A stretch of 64,000 bases of DNA from an uncultured Fluviicola sp. (GCA_964580465.1 CAZOKJ010000001.1:118149-182148), one strand, 5' to 3'. Counted from the stretch's first letter, positions 37,055-46,312 are shown. Program-made: numbers and translations. The notes: a model not told the origin generated them from the sequence alone.

Positions 37055-37636
37055 TTTGGTCTTAGCAAGTAATCGCGCTACGTACTTACCGATAATATCA
37101 AATTCTAAATTAACACTGTCACCGACTTTTAACTCTTTAAAATTAGTGAATTCATAGGTGTAAGGAATGATGTGTACTGAAAATTGATCATCTTTAGAGT
37201 CCACAACAGTTAAGCTAGTGCCATTTACAGTGATTGAACCTTTTTCTACTGTAACTTCTGGACTATTGTATTGAAAAGTAAACTTCCAGCTGCCATCTTG
37301 CGGTGCGATATCAATACATTTTGCCGTTGTGTCCACATGACCTTGAACAATGTGTCCATCTAGTCTTCCATTAAGTGTCATGCAACGCTCTAAGTTTATT
37401 AAAGAACCAATTTTCCATTCACCAAGATTGGTTTTTTTCAACGTTTCTTGAATTGCAGTAACTACATAACTAGTGTCATTAAGTTTCACAACCGTTAAGC
37501 AACAACCATTGTGAGCAACGCTTTGGTCTATTTGCAGCTCATTAGCGAAATCAGCTTCGATTTCAAAATGTATATTTTCATTCTCTTTTTGAATGGATTT
37601 TACAATACCAGTTTGTTCAATTATTCCTGTAAACAT
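37052..37636 (-). CDS. ribE: Riboflavin synthase (alpha chain)
   Basis: 194 aa. MFTGIIE...GCCLTV...NLER...GH.VQGHVD internal duplication pattern. Confidence 0.93.
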   Translation of the reverse strand: MFTGIIEQTGIVKSIQKENENIHFEIEADFANELQIDQSVAHNGCCLTVVKLNDTSYVVTAIQETLKKTNLGEWKIGSLINLERCMTLNGRLDGHIVQGHVDTTAKCIDIAPQDGSWKFTFQYNSPEVTVEKGSITVNGTSLTVVDSKDDQFSVHIIPYTYEFTNFKELKVGDSVNLEFDIIGKYVARLLAKTK

Positions 37637-37768
37637 GTTTAACTAATTTTAGACTACAAAGATACTTTCTTTTTTTATTATTTGGTAGTTTGAATTTTTA
37701 AGATTATCTTCGCTTGAAGTTGTTGATTTTGAGCAATAAATAATGGAAAAGACGAGGGGAAGTTATTC

Positions 37769-37786
37769 TTATGATTAAAGTCATAA
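37769..37786 (+). promoter_or_regulatory. CRP/FNR-family-type palindrome TTATGA-N6-TCATAA upstream of nosZ
   Basis: Perfect 6-6-6 inverted repeat containing the TGA-N6-TCA core shared by CRP and FNR boxes. Its centre lies 29.5 bp upstream of the first base of the -7 box. Confidence 0.45.
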
Positions 37787-37806
37787 TTTAAGATAGGCAT
37801 TTTTAT

Positions 37807-37814
37807 TATGTTTG
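37807..37814 (+). promoter_or_regulatory. -7 promoter box (TATGTTTG) of nosZ
   Basis: Exact TAnnTTTG match 52 nt upstream of the nosZ ATG. There is no TTTG at the -33 position (TTTA with a 16-nt spacer). Confidence 0.5.
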
Positions 37815-37865
37815 CATAAAGTTTAAGACAAGTTTAATAAGTAACAAACACTTAAATATAAGTAT

Positions 37866-39857
37866 ATGTATAATGCGAAGTTTAAATTAAGGTCGGCAGT
37901 TGCGCTTTCAGTTGCGTTTGCTGCTATGTTTGGTTTCAATAGTTGTAAACCAAAGACCGCTACGAACGCTGTGAGTGGGGATGCTGCTCAAAAAGTGTAT
38001 GTAGCACCAGGAGAGCATGATGAATTTTATGCTTTCGTTTCGGGAGGTTTTAGTGGGCAGGTATCTGTTTATGGTATTCCTTCAGGACGTTTATTAAAAG
38101 TTCTTCCAGTTTTCTCAGTTGACCCTGAAACAGGTTATGGATTTACTGAAGAATCAAAAGCAATGTTAAATACAACACATGGCTTCCTTCCTTGGGGTGA
38201 TCAACACCACTTAGCGTTTTCTCAAACTGATGGAGAGTATGATGGAAGATGGTTGTTTGCAAACGAAAACAATACACCACGTATTGCTCGTTTAGATTTA
38301 ACAACATTTACTACGTCTGAGATTATCGAGATTCCGAATTCAGCGGGTAACCACTCATCACCATTTATTACAGATAACTCTGAGTATGTGGTGGCAGGAA
38401 CACGTTTTGGTGTACCTTTTAATGAGGACAATGGTGACGTTCCAATTAGTTCTTATGCTGAAAACTTCAGTGGAGCAATTAGCTTCATCAAAGTTGATGA
38501 TAAGACAGGAAGAATGTCAATGGGCTTCCAATTGAAGACTCCACCAGTAAACTATGACTTGAGCCACACTGGTAAAGGTCCTTCTAGCGGATGGTTCTTC
38601 TTCTCAACTTACAACACAGAAAAAGCACACACTTTGTTAGAGGTTAACGCTTCTCAAAGAGATAAAGACTTTATCTTGGCTGTAAACTGGAAAAAAGCTG
38701 AAGAATATGTGAAAGCTGGTAAAGCAAGAACTGTGAAGTCTCCTTATATGCACAACGTAATGAATGAAGAAACACACACTGTTACTTCAACAACTTACGA
38801 AGATGTTTTGGTATTAGAACCTAAAAACTTTAGTGACATTTGTTATTACATTCCATGTCCAAAATCTCCACACGGAACAGACGTTGACCCAACAGGTGAG
38901 TACATCATCGGTTCTGGTAAGTTAGCTTCTTTAATCCCTGTATTCTCTTTCTCTAAGATTCAACAAGCAATCAAAGACAAGAAATTTGACGGAGATTATG
39001 ATGGAATTCCAGTAATTAACTACGAAGCAGCTTTGCATGGAGAGGTACAAAAACCAGGATTAGGACCTTTGCATACTGAGTTTGACGGTGAAGGAAATGC
39101 TTATACTTCTTTCTTCGTATCTTCTGAAGTAGTAAAATGGAATTTGAAAACTTTACAAGTAATTGACAGACAACCAACTTATTACTCTACTGGTCACTTA
39201 ACAGTAGCAGGTGGTGATAGTAAAAAACCTTACGGTAAATACTTAGTTGCTTGGAATAAAATTACTAAAGACCGTTATTTACCAACAGGTCCAGAGTTGA
39301 CTCAAAGTGCGCAGTTGTTTGATATTTCTGGAGAAAAGATGCAGTTGTTGTTAGACTTCCCTACTATTGGTGAGCCTCACTATGCAGTTATGATTCCAGG
39401 TGATAAATTGAAAGAAAAACAATTACGTATCTACGATATTAATAAAAACAATCACCCACGTGTAGCTAAAGGTGAACAAGCGACTAAGATTGTAAGGGAA
39501 GGAAATAAAGTACATGTTTACATGACTTTGATTAGATCTCACATTACTCCAGATAACATTGAAGGTATCAAAGTTGGAGACGAGGTTTACTTCCACGTAA
39601 CAAACTTAGAGCAAGACTGGGATTTACCACACGGATTCACAATCTTAGGATCAACTGCTGCTGAGGCGTTAATCTTACCAGGTGAAACTAAAACTATTAA
39701 GTGGGAACCTAAGAAAGTTGGTATTATACCATTCTATTGTACAGACTTCTGTAGTGCATTACACCAAGAAATGCAAGGATATGTACGAGTTTCTCCAGCA
39801 GGAAGCAATGTTCCTTTAAGATATGGAACAGGTGAAACTGCGCCAAAAGGAAACTAA
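37866..39857 (+). CDS. nosZ: Nitrous-oxide reductase, clade II (Sec/lipoprotein-type signal)
   Basis: 663 aa. CuA motif CTDFCSALHQEMQGY. CuZ His contexts (DQHHLAF, AGNHSSP, SPHGTDVDP, GPLHTEFD, EPHYAVM). The N-terminus has no twin-arginine and ends in FGFNSC. Confidence 0.95.
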   Translation: MYNAKFKLRSAVALSVAFAAMFGFNSCKPKTATNAVSGDAAQKVYVAPGEHDEFYAFVSGGFSGQVSVYGIPSGRLLKVLPVFSVDPETGYGFTEESKAMLNTTHGFLPWGDQHHLAFSQTDGEYDGRWLFANENNTPRIARLDLTTFTTSEIIEIPNSAGNHSSPFITDNSEYVVAGTRFGVPFNEDNGDVPISSYAENFSGAISFIKVDDKTGRMSMGFQLKTPPVNYDLSHTGKGPSSGWFFFSTYNTEKAHTLLEVNASQRDKDFILAVNWKKAEEYVKAGKARTVKSPYMHNVMNEETHTVTSTTYEDVLVLEPKNFSDICYYIPCPKSPHGTDVDPTGEYIIGSGKLASLIPVFSFSKIQQAIKDKKFDGDYDGIPVINYEAALHGEVQKPGLGPLHTEFDGEGNAYTSFFVSSEVVKWNLKTLQVIDRQPTYYSTGHLTVAGGDSKKPYGKYLVAWNKITKDRYLPTGPELTQSAQLFDISGEKMQLLLDFPTIGEPHYAVMIPGDKLKEKQLRIYDINKNNHPRVAKGEQATKIVREGNKVHVYMTLIRSHITPDNIEGIKVGDEVYFHVTNLEQDWDLPHGFTILGSTAAEALILPGETKTIKWEPKKVGIIPFYCTDFCSALHQEMQGYVRVSPAGSNVPLRYGTGETAPKGN

Positions 39858-39866
39858 AAATAAAAC

Positions 39867-39899
39867 AAAATGAGTTACTCTTCGGGGTAGCTCATTTTT
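39867..39899 (+). terminator. Strong hairpin (UUCG tetraloop) plus U-run between nosZ and the accessory genes
   Basis: aaaatgagttactc TTCG gggtagctcatttt forms a 14-bp stem (two G:U), followed by T. Confidence 0.75.
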
Positions 39900-39923
39900 A
39901 CAACAAACAAAACAACAAACAAC

Positions 39924-40520
39924 ATGAATACTCAAAATAAATCTCAATTACAAACAATTTCACGATTGCTAATAATAGTAGCATCTTTGTTTTTGTTTGT
40001 ATCTATTTTATTACCTATATGGAGAATTGAGCTAGACGCTCCACAATATCCAGAAGGATTAACAATGTACATTCACGCTAATAAAGTGGGTGGTGAAATT
40101 GAAATTATTAATGGTTTGAATCACTATATTGGAATGAAAGAAATTCATGAAGATGAATTTAAAGAGTTCGTAGTATTACCTTATATGATTGCTGGTTTAG
40201 GCGTATTTGGACTAATTGCTGCTATTATGAATCGCAGATGGATGCTTTACACATTCTTCGCAGCACTTATTCTTTTTGCTCTTGGAGTAGGAATCGACTT
40301 TTATATGTGGTTGTACGATTACGGACATAACTTAGATCCAAATGCAGCGATTCAAGTTCCTGGAATGACTTACCAACCGCCAATGATTGGTTTTAAACAG
40401 TTGTTAAATTTTGGTGTATTCTCAATTCCTGATAATGGAGGATGGTTACTTGTAGGTAGTGGTGTAATTCTAGCAGGTATTTCTTTTTACGAATGGAAAG
40501 TAAGTAAATCTAATAAATAA
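39924..40520 (+). CDS. Integral membrane protein of the nos cluster (4 predicted TM helices; in the position held by NosB-like genes)
   Basis: 198 aa with hydrophobic helices LLIIVASLFLFVSILLPIW, VVLPYMIAGLGVFGLIAAIM, LYTFFAALILFALGVGIDFYMWL and WLLVGSGVILAGISFY. Its stop overlaps the nosL ATG (TAATG). Confidence 0.55.
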   Translation: MNTQNKSQLQTISRLLIIVASLFLFVSILLPIWRIELDAPQYPEGLTMYIHANKVGGEIEIINGLNHYIGMKEIHEDEFKEFVVLPYMIAGLGVFGLIAAIMNRRWMLYTFFAALILFALGVGIDFYMWLYDYGHNLDPNAAIQVPGMTYQPPMIGFKQLLNFGVFSIPDNGGWLLVGSGVILAGISFYEWKVSKSNK

Positions 40521-40966
40521 TGAAGGGAGTTAATTTTAAACATTTTTTAGTTTTGTTATCAGCTACTTTACTATTGTCTTCTTGTAGCGTTGGACCAAAA
40601 GAGATTGATTTTGGAACAGACAATTGTGATTACTGCCAAATGACGATTAGTGACGAGCGTTTTGGTGCTGAAGTGGTTACAAAAAAAGGAAGAATTTATA
40701 AGTTCGACGATTTACATTGCTTAAAAAGTTTTGTGAATGACGACATTGTTGAAAATGAAAATGTTCATTCATTATGGACGGTAGATTTTGCTAGTCCAAA
40801 GAGTTTGATTGCAGTTGATAAAAGTAATTTCGTATTGGATATGAACCTTAGAAGTCCAATGGGGTCCAATATCGCTGCTTTCTCAAGCCTAGAAAAGATG
40901 AAAGAATACCTTTCAAATAATGATGGAAAAGAAGTAAAATGGGAAGAATATCTTCAATCAAATTAA
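40520..40966 (+). CDS. nosL: Copper chaperone lipoprotein NosL
   Basis: 148 aa. Lipobox LLLSSC. CDYCQMTISDERFGAE...FDDLHC motif. Confidence 0.88.
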   Translation: MKGVNFKHFLVLLSATLLLSSCSVGPKEIDFGTDNCDYCQMTISDERFGAEVVTKKGRIYKFDDLHCLKSFVNDDIVENENVHSLWTVDFASPKSLIAVDKSNFVLDMNLRSPMGSNIAAFSSLEKMKEYLSNNDGKEVKWEEYLQSN

Positions 40967-42189
40967 TTGGTGTTTTAACACTATTATTTTCTTATGGGCA
41001 TGTTTTTGGAGCTACCATTGTGGTGGCTCCAAATTCATCCAATAAAAGTATTGCCAAAGCTTTTGATCAAGCAAAAAATGGCGATACCATTAAAATCAAA
41101 CAAGGCGTTTACAAAGAAGGAGCGCTTTTTTTGAGAAAAGCATTAACAATTATTGGTGAAAATTATCCTGTCATTGATGGAGAGGATAAGTATGAAAACT
41201 TATTTGTTGAGCATGATAATGTGACAATATCAGGAGTGGCGTTTAACAATTCCGGAAGCTCAAGTTATAACGACATTGCTGCATTGAAAATTAACAATTC
41301 TAAGAATATCATTATTAAGAATTGTAAGTTCAATAATAATTTCTTTGCTATTCACACGATGAATTCAAGCTACGTTAAGTACTTGAATAATGAACTAGTT
41401 TCAGGCGAAGTGCCTGGAAAACAATCTTCTAACGGCATTCATTGCTGGAAAAGTAACCATCTACTGATTAAAAATAATTCTATTAGAGGGCATCGTGATG
41501 GTGTTTATTTAGAATTTGTAACAGATTCCAAATTTGAATACAATCATAGCGTTGGAAATAAGCGTTATGGTATGCACTTTATGTTTTCACATGATAACCA
41601 TTTTAGAAAAAATGAATTCCGAAAAAATGGAGCTGGCGTTGCTGTAATGTATAGCAAACGCGTAACGATGGAAGAAAATTTGTTTGCAGAAAACTGGGGT
41701 GGTGCTGCTTATGGATTATTGTTAAAAGAAATAATGGACAGTCATGTGTTTTCAAATACATTCAGAGATAATACAATTGCTATTTTTGCCGATGGAGCGA
41801 ATCGAATTACGATGGAAAATAATTTATTCCAAAGCAATGGGTGGGCGTTAACTGTCAATGCTAGTTGCGCGGATCTTGTAGTAGAAAAAAATAATTTTAT
41901 TGCTAATACATTCGATTTTGCTACGAATGGCAAGTTAGAAGCCAAAAGCATTAAAGGCAACTACTGGGATAAATACGAAGGATACGATTTAAACAGAGAT
42001 GGAGTAGGAGACGTACCTTATCGCCCGATTACTTTCTATTCTATTATTATTGAGCGCAATCCAGGAGCTTTAATGCTGTTTAGAAGCTTTTTCGTAAAAG
42101 CAATGGACAAAGCAGAAAGTGTTTTGCCTAACTTAACACCTGAAAACATTAAAGATGAGAAACCTTTGATGAAAAAAATTAAACACTAA
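40939..42189 (+). CDS. nosD: NosD, periplasmic right-handed beta-helix protein
   Basis: 416 aa with a signal peptide. Repeated N-x-I/N-N parallel beta-helix repeats (NSKNIIIKNCKFNNN, IKNNSIRGH, ...). Overlaps nosL by 28 nt. Confidence 0.88.
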   Translation: MGRISSIKLIGVLTLLFSYGHVFGATIVVAPNSSNKSIAKAFDQAKNGDTIKIKQGVYKEGALFLRKALTIIGENYPVIDGEDKYENLFVEHDNVTISGVAFNNSGSSSYNDIAALKINNSKNIIIKNCKFNNNFFAIHTMNSSYVKYLNNELVSGEVPGKQSSNGIHCWKSNHLLIKNNSIRGHRDGVYLEFVTDSKFEYNHSVGNKRYGMHFMFSHDNHFRKNEFRKNGAGVAVMYSKRVTMEENLFAENWGGAAYGLLLKEIMDSHVFSNTFRDNTIAIFADGANRITMENNLFQSNGWALTVNASCADLVVEKNNFIANTFDFATNGKLEAKSIKGNYWDKYEGYDLNRDGVGDVPYRPITFYSIIIERNPGALMLFRSFFVKAMDKAESVLPNLTPENIKDEKPLMKKIKH

Positions 42190-42193
42190 AAGT

Positions 42194-42919
42194 ATGATTC
42201 ATTTTTCAAATATATCTAAACAATTCGATAAGTTACAAGTTCTAAAGAATGTAGATTTAGAATTCAAAGAAGGAAACATCGTAGCGCTAATTGGTCCAAA
42301 TGGTTGTGGTAAAACAACTTTGATAAAATCTTTATTAGGAATGGTGGTTCCTACTTCAGGAGAAATCACGTTCGATCAACAGCCTATTAAAAATAATTGG
42401 GATTATAGAAGTCATATTGGATATATGCCACAAATTGGAAAGTACCCTGAAAATATGACGGTGGGTCAAGTTATTCAAATGATTGAAGACCTTAGAACAA
42501 CGGGTAAAGAAGAGTTGGATAAAGAATTGTATCACAATTATAAATTGGATGCAATTTTGTCTAAACGTATGCGTACGCTCTCTGGAGGTACTCGTCAAAA
42601 AGTTAGTGCATATTTGGCATTTCTTTTTAATCCAAAAGTATTAGTGTTGGATGAACCTACCGCTGGACTTGATCCAATTGCTTCTTTGATATTGAAAAAT
42701 AAAATTCTAAAAGAAAAAGAAAAAGGGAAAATTATTATTATTACTTCGCACATTTTAAGTGAGTTGGATGAAATTGTAAATCAAGTTGTGTATATGACTG
42801 ACGGACAAATTATCTTCAACAAGTCGTTAGAGCAATTAAAAACAGATACTAATCAAACTAAATTAACTGATGCAATTGCTCAAATTATGAATAGTCAACT
42901 TACAAATGAACAACCATGA
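42194..42919 (+). CDS. nosF: NosF, ABC transporter ATP-binding protein
   Basis: 241 aa. Walker A GPNGCGKTT, signature LSGGTRQK, Walker B LVLDEPTAGLD. Confidence 0.88.
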   Translation: MIHFSNISKQFDKLQVLKNVDLEFKEGNIVALIGPNGCGKTTLIKSLLGMVVPTSGEITFDQQPIKNNWDYRSHIGYMPQIGKYPENMTVGQVIQMIEDLRTTGKEELDKELYHNYKLDAILSKRMRTLSGGTRQKVSAYLAFLFNPKVLVLDEPTAGLDPIASLILKNKILKEKEKGKIIIITSHILSELDEIVNQVVYMTDGQIIFNKSLEQLKTDTNQTKLTDAIAQIMNSQLTNEQP

Positions 42920-43683
42920 ATAAAATTATAAAATACGTCGTTTTTGATATTTTACGCAATAAAATTGTAATTGCTTATACTATCTTTTTACTACTTTTCT
43001 CGTTTGGAATGTTTTTAATGGAAGATGTTCCTGAGAAGAGTTTGATGAGTATGTTGACTTTGAATTTGATTTTAATTCCACTTATCAGTGTGATGTTTTC
43101 AACGATATATATCTATAACTCTTCAGAATTTATTGAGTTGCTAGCAGCACAACCTGTTAAACGCAAAACGTTGTGGGTCAGTTTCTTTATCGGATTATCT
43201 TCCGCTTTAACCATTGCATTTTTAATTGGTTGTGGCTTACCTATTTTGTTGTTTTCACCTACAGAAGTAGGTTTTACAATGATTATTACAGGGGTTTTAC
43301 TTTCTATTATTTTTGTTTCGATTTCAATGTTGACTTCTGTTTACATTCAAGACAAAACTAAAGGAATTGGAGTTGCTTTGATGATCTGGTTGTACTTTAC
43401 CTTATTATTTGATGGGTTGGTACTCTTTTTGTTATTCCAATTAATGGATTATCCATTGGAAAACTTGATTGTTGCATTGAGTATTCTAAACCCAGTGGAC
43501 TTAACGCGTATTGTGTCATTGTTGAAAATGGATATTTCTGCCTTAATGGGAGCAACTAGTGCTGTGTTTAAACAAAGTTTTACTGGCGGATTAGGCTCAA
43601 TTATTACGTACGGAGTAATGACGCTTTGGGCTGTTATTCCGCTAGTGTTGTCAATCCGTAAGTTTAAAAAGAAAGACTTGTAA
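42916..43683 (+). CDS. nosY: NosY, ABC-2-type permease
   Basis: 255 aa with six hydrophobic helices. ATGA overlap with nosF. Confidence 0.82.
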   Translation: MNKIIKYVVFDILRNKIVIAYTIFLLLFSFGMFLMEDVPEKSLMSMLTLNLILIPLISVMFSTIYIYNSSEFIELLAAQPVKRKTLWVSFFIGLSSALTIAFLIGCGLPILLFSPTEVGFTMIITGVLLSIIFVSISMLTSVYIQDKTKGIGVALMIWLYFTLLFDGLVLFLLFQLMDYPLENLIVALSILNPVDLTRIVSLLKMDISALMGATSAVFKQSFTGGLGSIITYGVMTLWAVIPLVLSIRKFKKKDL

Positions 43684-43690
43684 AACAAGC

Positions 43691-44497
43691 TTATTTTTGA
43701 ATAGCATCAATTGCTTTTCGAACAGAACCGTACTGCAATAGTAGTGATTTTGCTTCTTCGTAGTCGATACCTGTTTGAGAAGCAATCATCTTAGTTCCTC
43801 TATCAACTAATTTGTTGTTGCTTAGCTGCATGTCAACCATTTTATTGCCTTTGACGTGGCCCAGCTTAATCATTAAAGAAGTGGAAATCATGTTAAGCAC
43901 TAATTTTTGCGCTGTTCCAGATTTCATTCGAGTGCTGCCGGTTACAAATTCTGGACCAACCTCAGGCGTAATTGCATGTTGAGCAATTTGCGCTATTGGA
44001 TTGCCTGGATTACAAGAAATGGAAGCTGTTAATACTCTGTTTTCGTTTGCTGTTTTTATTGCGCCGATGACATAAGGAGTTGTTCCAGAAGCAGCAATGC
44101 CAACAACCGTGTCAATTGGTCGAATATCGTATTCTTTTAAATCTTTCCAACCTTGTTCGGTGTCATCTTCCGCAAATTCTACTGCTTTACGAATGGCACT
44201 ATCACCTCCTGCAATAATTCCAATAACACGACCATGTTCTACTCCAAAAGTTGGCGGACATTCACTAGCATCAACAATACCAAGTCTTCCACTTGTTCCA
44301 GCTCCAATGTAAAACAATCTACCTCCTTCTTTCATGCGCTCGTAGCAAGCATCCACAAAACGCTCTATATTGGTTATTTCAGCAGCTACAGCAAGAGCAA
44401 CTTTTTGATCTTCGTTGTTTATTCCTGTGAGCAACTCCAATGTTGAAAGCTGTTCTAAATTGTTGTACAAAGAGTCGGATTCAGTTGTTTTTTTCAT
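43691..44497 (-). CDS. murQ: N-acetylmuramic acid 6-phosphate etherase
   Basis: 268 aa SIS domain protein. GAGTSGRLGIVDASECPPTFG motif and GSTRMKSGTAQK. Confidence 0.92.
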   Translation of the reverse strand: MKKTTESDSLYNNLEQLSTLELLTGINNEDQKVALAVAAEITNIERFVDACYERMKEGGRLFYIGAGTSGRLGIVDASECPPTFGVEHGRVIGIIAGGDSAIRKAVEFAEDDTEQGWKDLKEYDIRPIDTVVGIAASGTTPYVIGAIKTANENRVLTASISCNPGNPIAQIAQHAITPEVGPEFVTGSTRMKSGTAQKLVLNMISTSLMIKLGHVKGNKMVDMQLSNNKLVDRGTKMIASQTGIDYEEAKSLLLQYGSVRKAIDAIQK

Positions 44498-44498
44498 G

Positions 44499-44996
44499 CT
44501 AGTAAAGTTGAGCTGAAAATTGACCGTCTTGATAGGTTACTTCTACGTGATCTTGTAAAATAGTTGTTAAACGTAAACCGAAGAAGTTTGCTTTAATTGG
44601 AAATCTTCTATGTTTGCGTTCCACTAACACGACAGTATAGATTTTATAAACAGCTTGTTCCAATATTTTCATTAATGCATATTGCATTGTTTTTCCAGAA
44701 TTCAATACATCATCCACTAAAATAACTGTTTTTTTATCCAACTCGCTTGGATTAATTGTCAAATCGATCGGATGTTCAAGCGGTTTGTCTTTGTTTAATT
44801 TAATTTCAAACAAGATAATTTTTTGGTTTGTGTTTTGTTCAATAATTGCTTTAAATTTTTCAGCAAGAACAATACCATTCCCAGTAATTCCACCAATGTA
44901 AAGCGTATCTAATTCAAACGTATTTTCAATCAATTGAAACGCCAAACGATTAATTTTTTGTTCTATTTGAGTATGTGAAAGAATGATTTGTTTCAT
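44499..44996 (-). CDS. pyrR: PyrR-like phosphoribosyltransferase family protein
   Basis: 165 aa. PRPP-binding loop VILVDDVLNSGKTM. N-terminal ILSHTQIEQKINRLAFQLIE is typical of PyrR. The regulator-versus-enzyme role is not decidable here. Confidence 0.65.
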   Translation of the reverse strand: MKQIILSHTQIEQKINRLAFQLIENTFELDTLYIGGITGNGIVLAEKFKAIIEQNTNQKIILFEIKLNKDKPLEHPIDLTINPSELDKKTVILVDDVLNSGKTMQYALMKILEQAVYKIYTVVLVERKHRRFPIKANFFGLRLTTILQDHVEVTYQDGQFSAQLY

Positions 44997-45078
44997 TGGG
45001 GTTTGTTTTTAATAAAAAATATTTAGTAGGTAAAATTAAAAAAAAATAGGATAAAAAAAGTAGATGAGTGAAATTAAT

Positions 45079-46077
45079 TTATCTCACCATTCTTTTTGAT
45101 AGATCTTCTGCTATCTTTTTTGTATCTTGAAGCATCATGCAGTTGAAATGTTTTTTAGGACATTTTGCATAACCAATTTTTGAACAAGGACGACAATCTA
45201 ACTTAGGAACTTCGTGAATGCTGAATAATTCATCGTTATCAGGAAAATAAGGGTACATGCCTAATTCTTTGACGGTGTTGCCCCACACGCTAACAATCGG
45301 GGTGTTAAATGCAGTTGCTATGTGCATTAATCCTGTATCGTGTGTTAAAAGCACTTTTGCTTGCTCAACGATGGAAGCCGACTGCATTAACGAAAATTGA
45401 TTTACAGCATTTATCACCTTTTGCGAGTGATTTTTTAACCCTTCAATCAACAATTTAGAGCGTTCAACATCTCCAGGACCACCAAGTAAAATAATTGGGT
45501 ATTCCACTTGAGAGAGAATGTCAATTAATTTTTCAACAGGAAGTGTTTTAGTGGCAAATTGAGCTCCAATGGCTACTGCAACAAAACTTTTTGGACGAAG
45601 GTCGAATAAGTCTTGTGTATTCACAACTTGTTGCCTACTTATTATCAATTGACACGCGTATTTTTTGTTGTGTACACCTAATTTTTCGACTGCCTGAAAG
45701 TATCTATCAACAATGTGAATATCGGGCATTTTGTTGATTTTGAATTTCACCAACAACCATTTTTCAATGTTTAATTTATTGAAAGAAAAACTTTTTACGC
45801 CAAGTTTCCATTTTAATCGAAATGTGCGAATGTTTTTGTGAAGGTCAATGACATAATTGAAATTTTCATTTTTGAGTAATGAAATACACTCATTAATTGA
45901 TTTTTCGATAGTGTGTACCTTTGAAATGTTAGGGTTATTTTCCAAAATTGACAAGAATGATTTTTTTGTCAAATAATGAATTTCAGTAGTTGGAATTTGC
46001 TCCTTAATTGCGCGAATTACGGGCGTTGTGAGAACGATGTCTCCAATAGAACTGAAACGTATAATTAAAATCTTCAC
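45079..46077 (-). CDS. Glycosyltransferase family 9 (heptosyltransferase-like)
   Basis: 332 aa. MKILIIRFSSIGDIVLTTPVIRAIK and THDTGLMHIATAF motifs. Confidence 0.85.
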   Translation of the reverse strand: MKILIIRFSSIGDIVLTTPVIRAIKEQIPTTEIHYLTKKSFLSILENNPNISKVHTIEKSINECISLLKNENFNYVIDLHKNIRTFRLKWKLGVKSFSFNKLNIEKWLLVKFKINKMPDIHIVDRYFQAVEKLGVHNKKYACQLIISRQQVVNTQDLFDLRPKSFVAVAIGAQFATKTLPVEKLIDILSQVEYPIILLGGPGDVERSKLLIEGLKNHSQKVINAVNQFSLMQSASIVEQAKVLLTHDTGLMHIATAFNTPIVSVWGNTVKELGMYPYFPDNDELFSIHEVPKLDCRPCSKIGYAKCPKKHFNCMMLQDTKKIAEDLSKRMVR

Positions 46078-46312
46078 ACTTCAAAATTAATTAAAAAAGA
46101 TAGTATTGATGCTATTTAAGGAGAATATTATTGATTTTTTCTTTACAAGCGTTTTTTTTTGCAAGGATATTGAGGTTATAAGTTTTACATAGCGACAACG
46201 ATGTCAGCCAATGCTACTGTATAACAAATAAACAGACCAAGTTTATTTTTTCATTTAGTTTGAAAATTAATACGTTTTTTCTTTCAAATAGAGTGATTTT
46301 TTTGTTAAAATG

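Noticed and set aside
37637-37865. Possible FMN riboswitch in the 229-bp region upstream of ribE (minus strand)
   Set aside because: The region is very AT-rich and lacks the GC-rich conserved RFN core segments. The conserved-looking elements found there face nosZ instead.
37637-43690. nos cluster as a horizontally acquired genomic island
   Set aside because: There is no integrase, transposase, flanking direct repeat or adjacent tRNA, and no change in composition that I can see by eye. Acquisition cannot be judged without comparative genomes, so it is reported only as compactly inserted.
46078-46312. A 330-bp intergenic region upstream of rimP examined for an ncRNA or small ORF
   Set aside because: It contains only very short ORFs (27 codons or fewer), no GC-rich structured segment and no tRNA-like or SRP-like motifs. 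It is best explained as a divergent promoter region for the GT9 gene and rimP.
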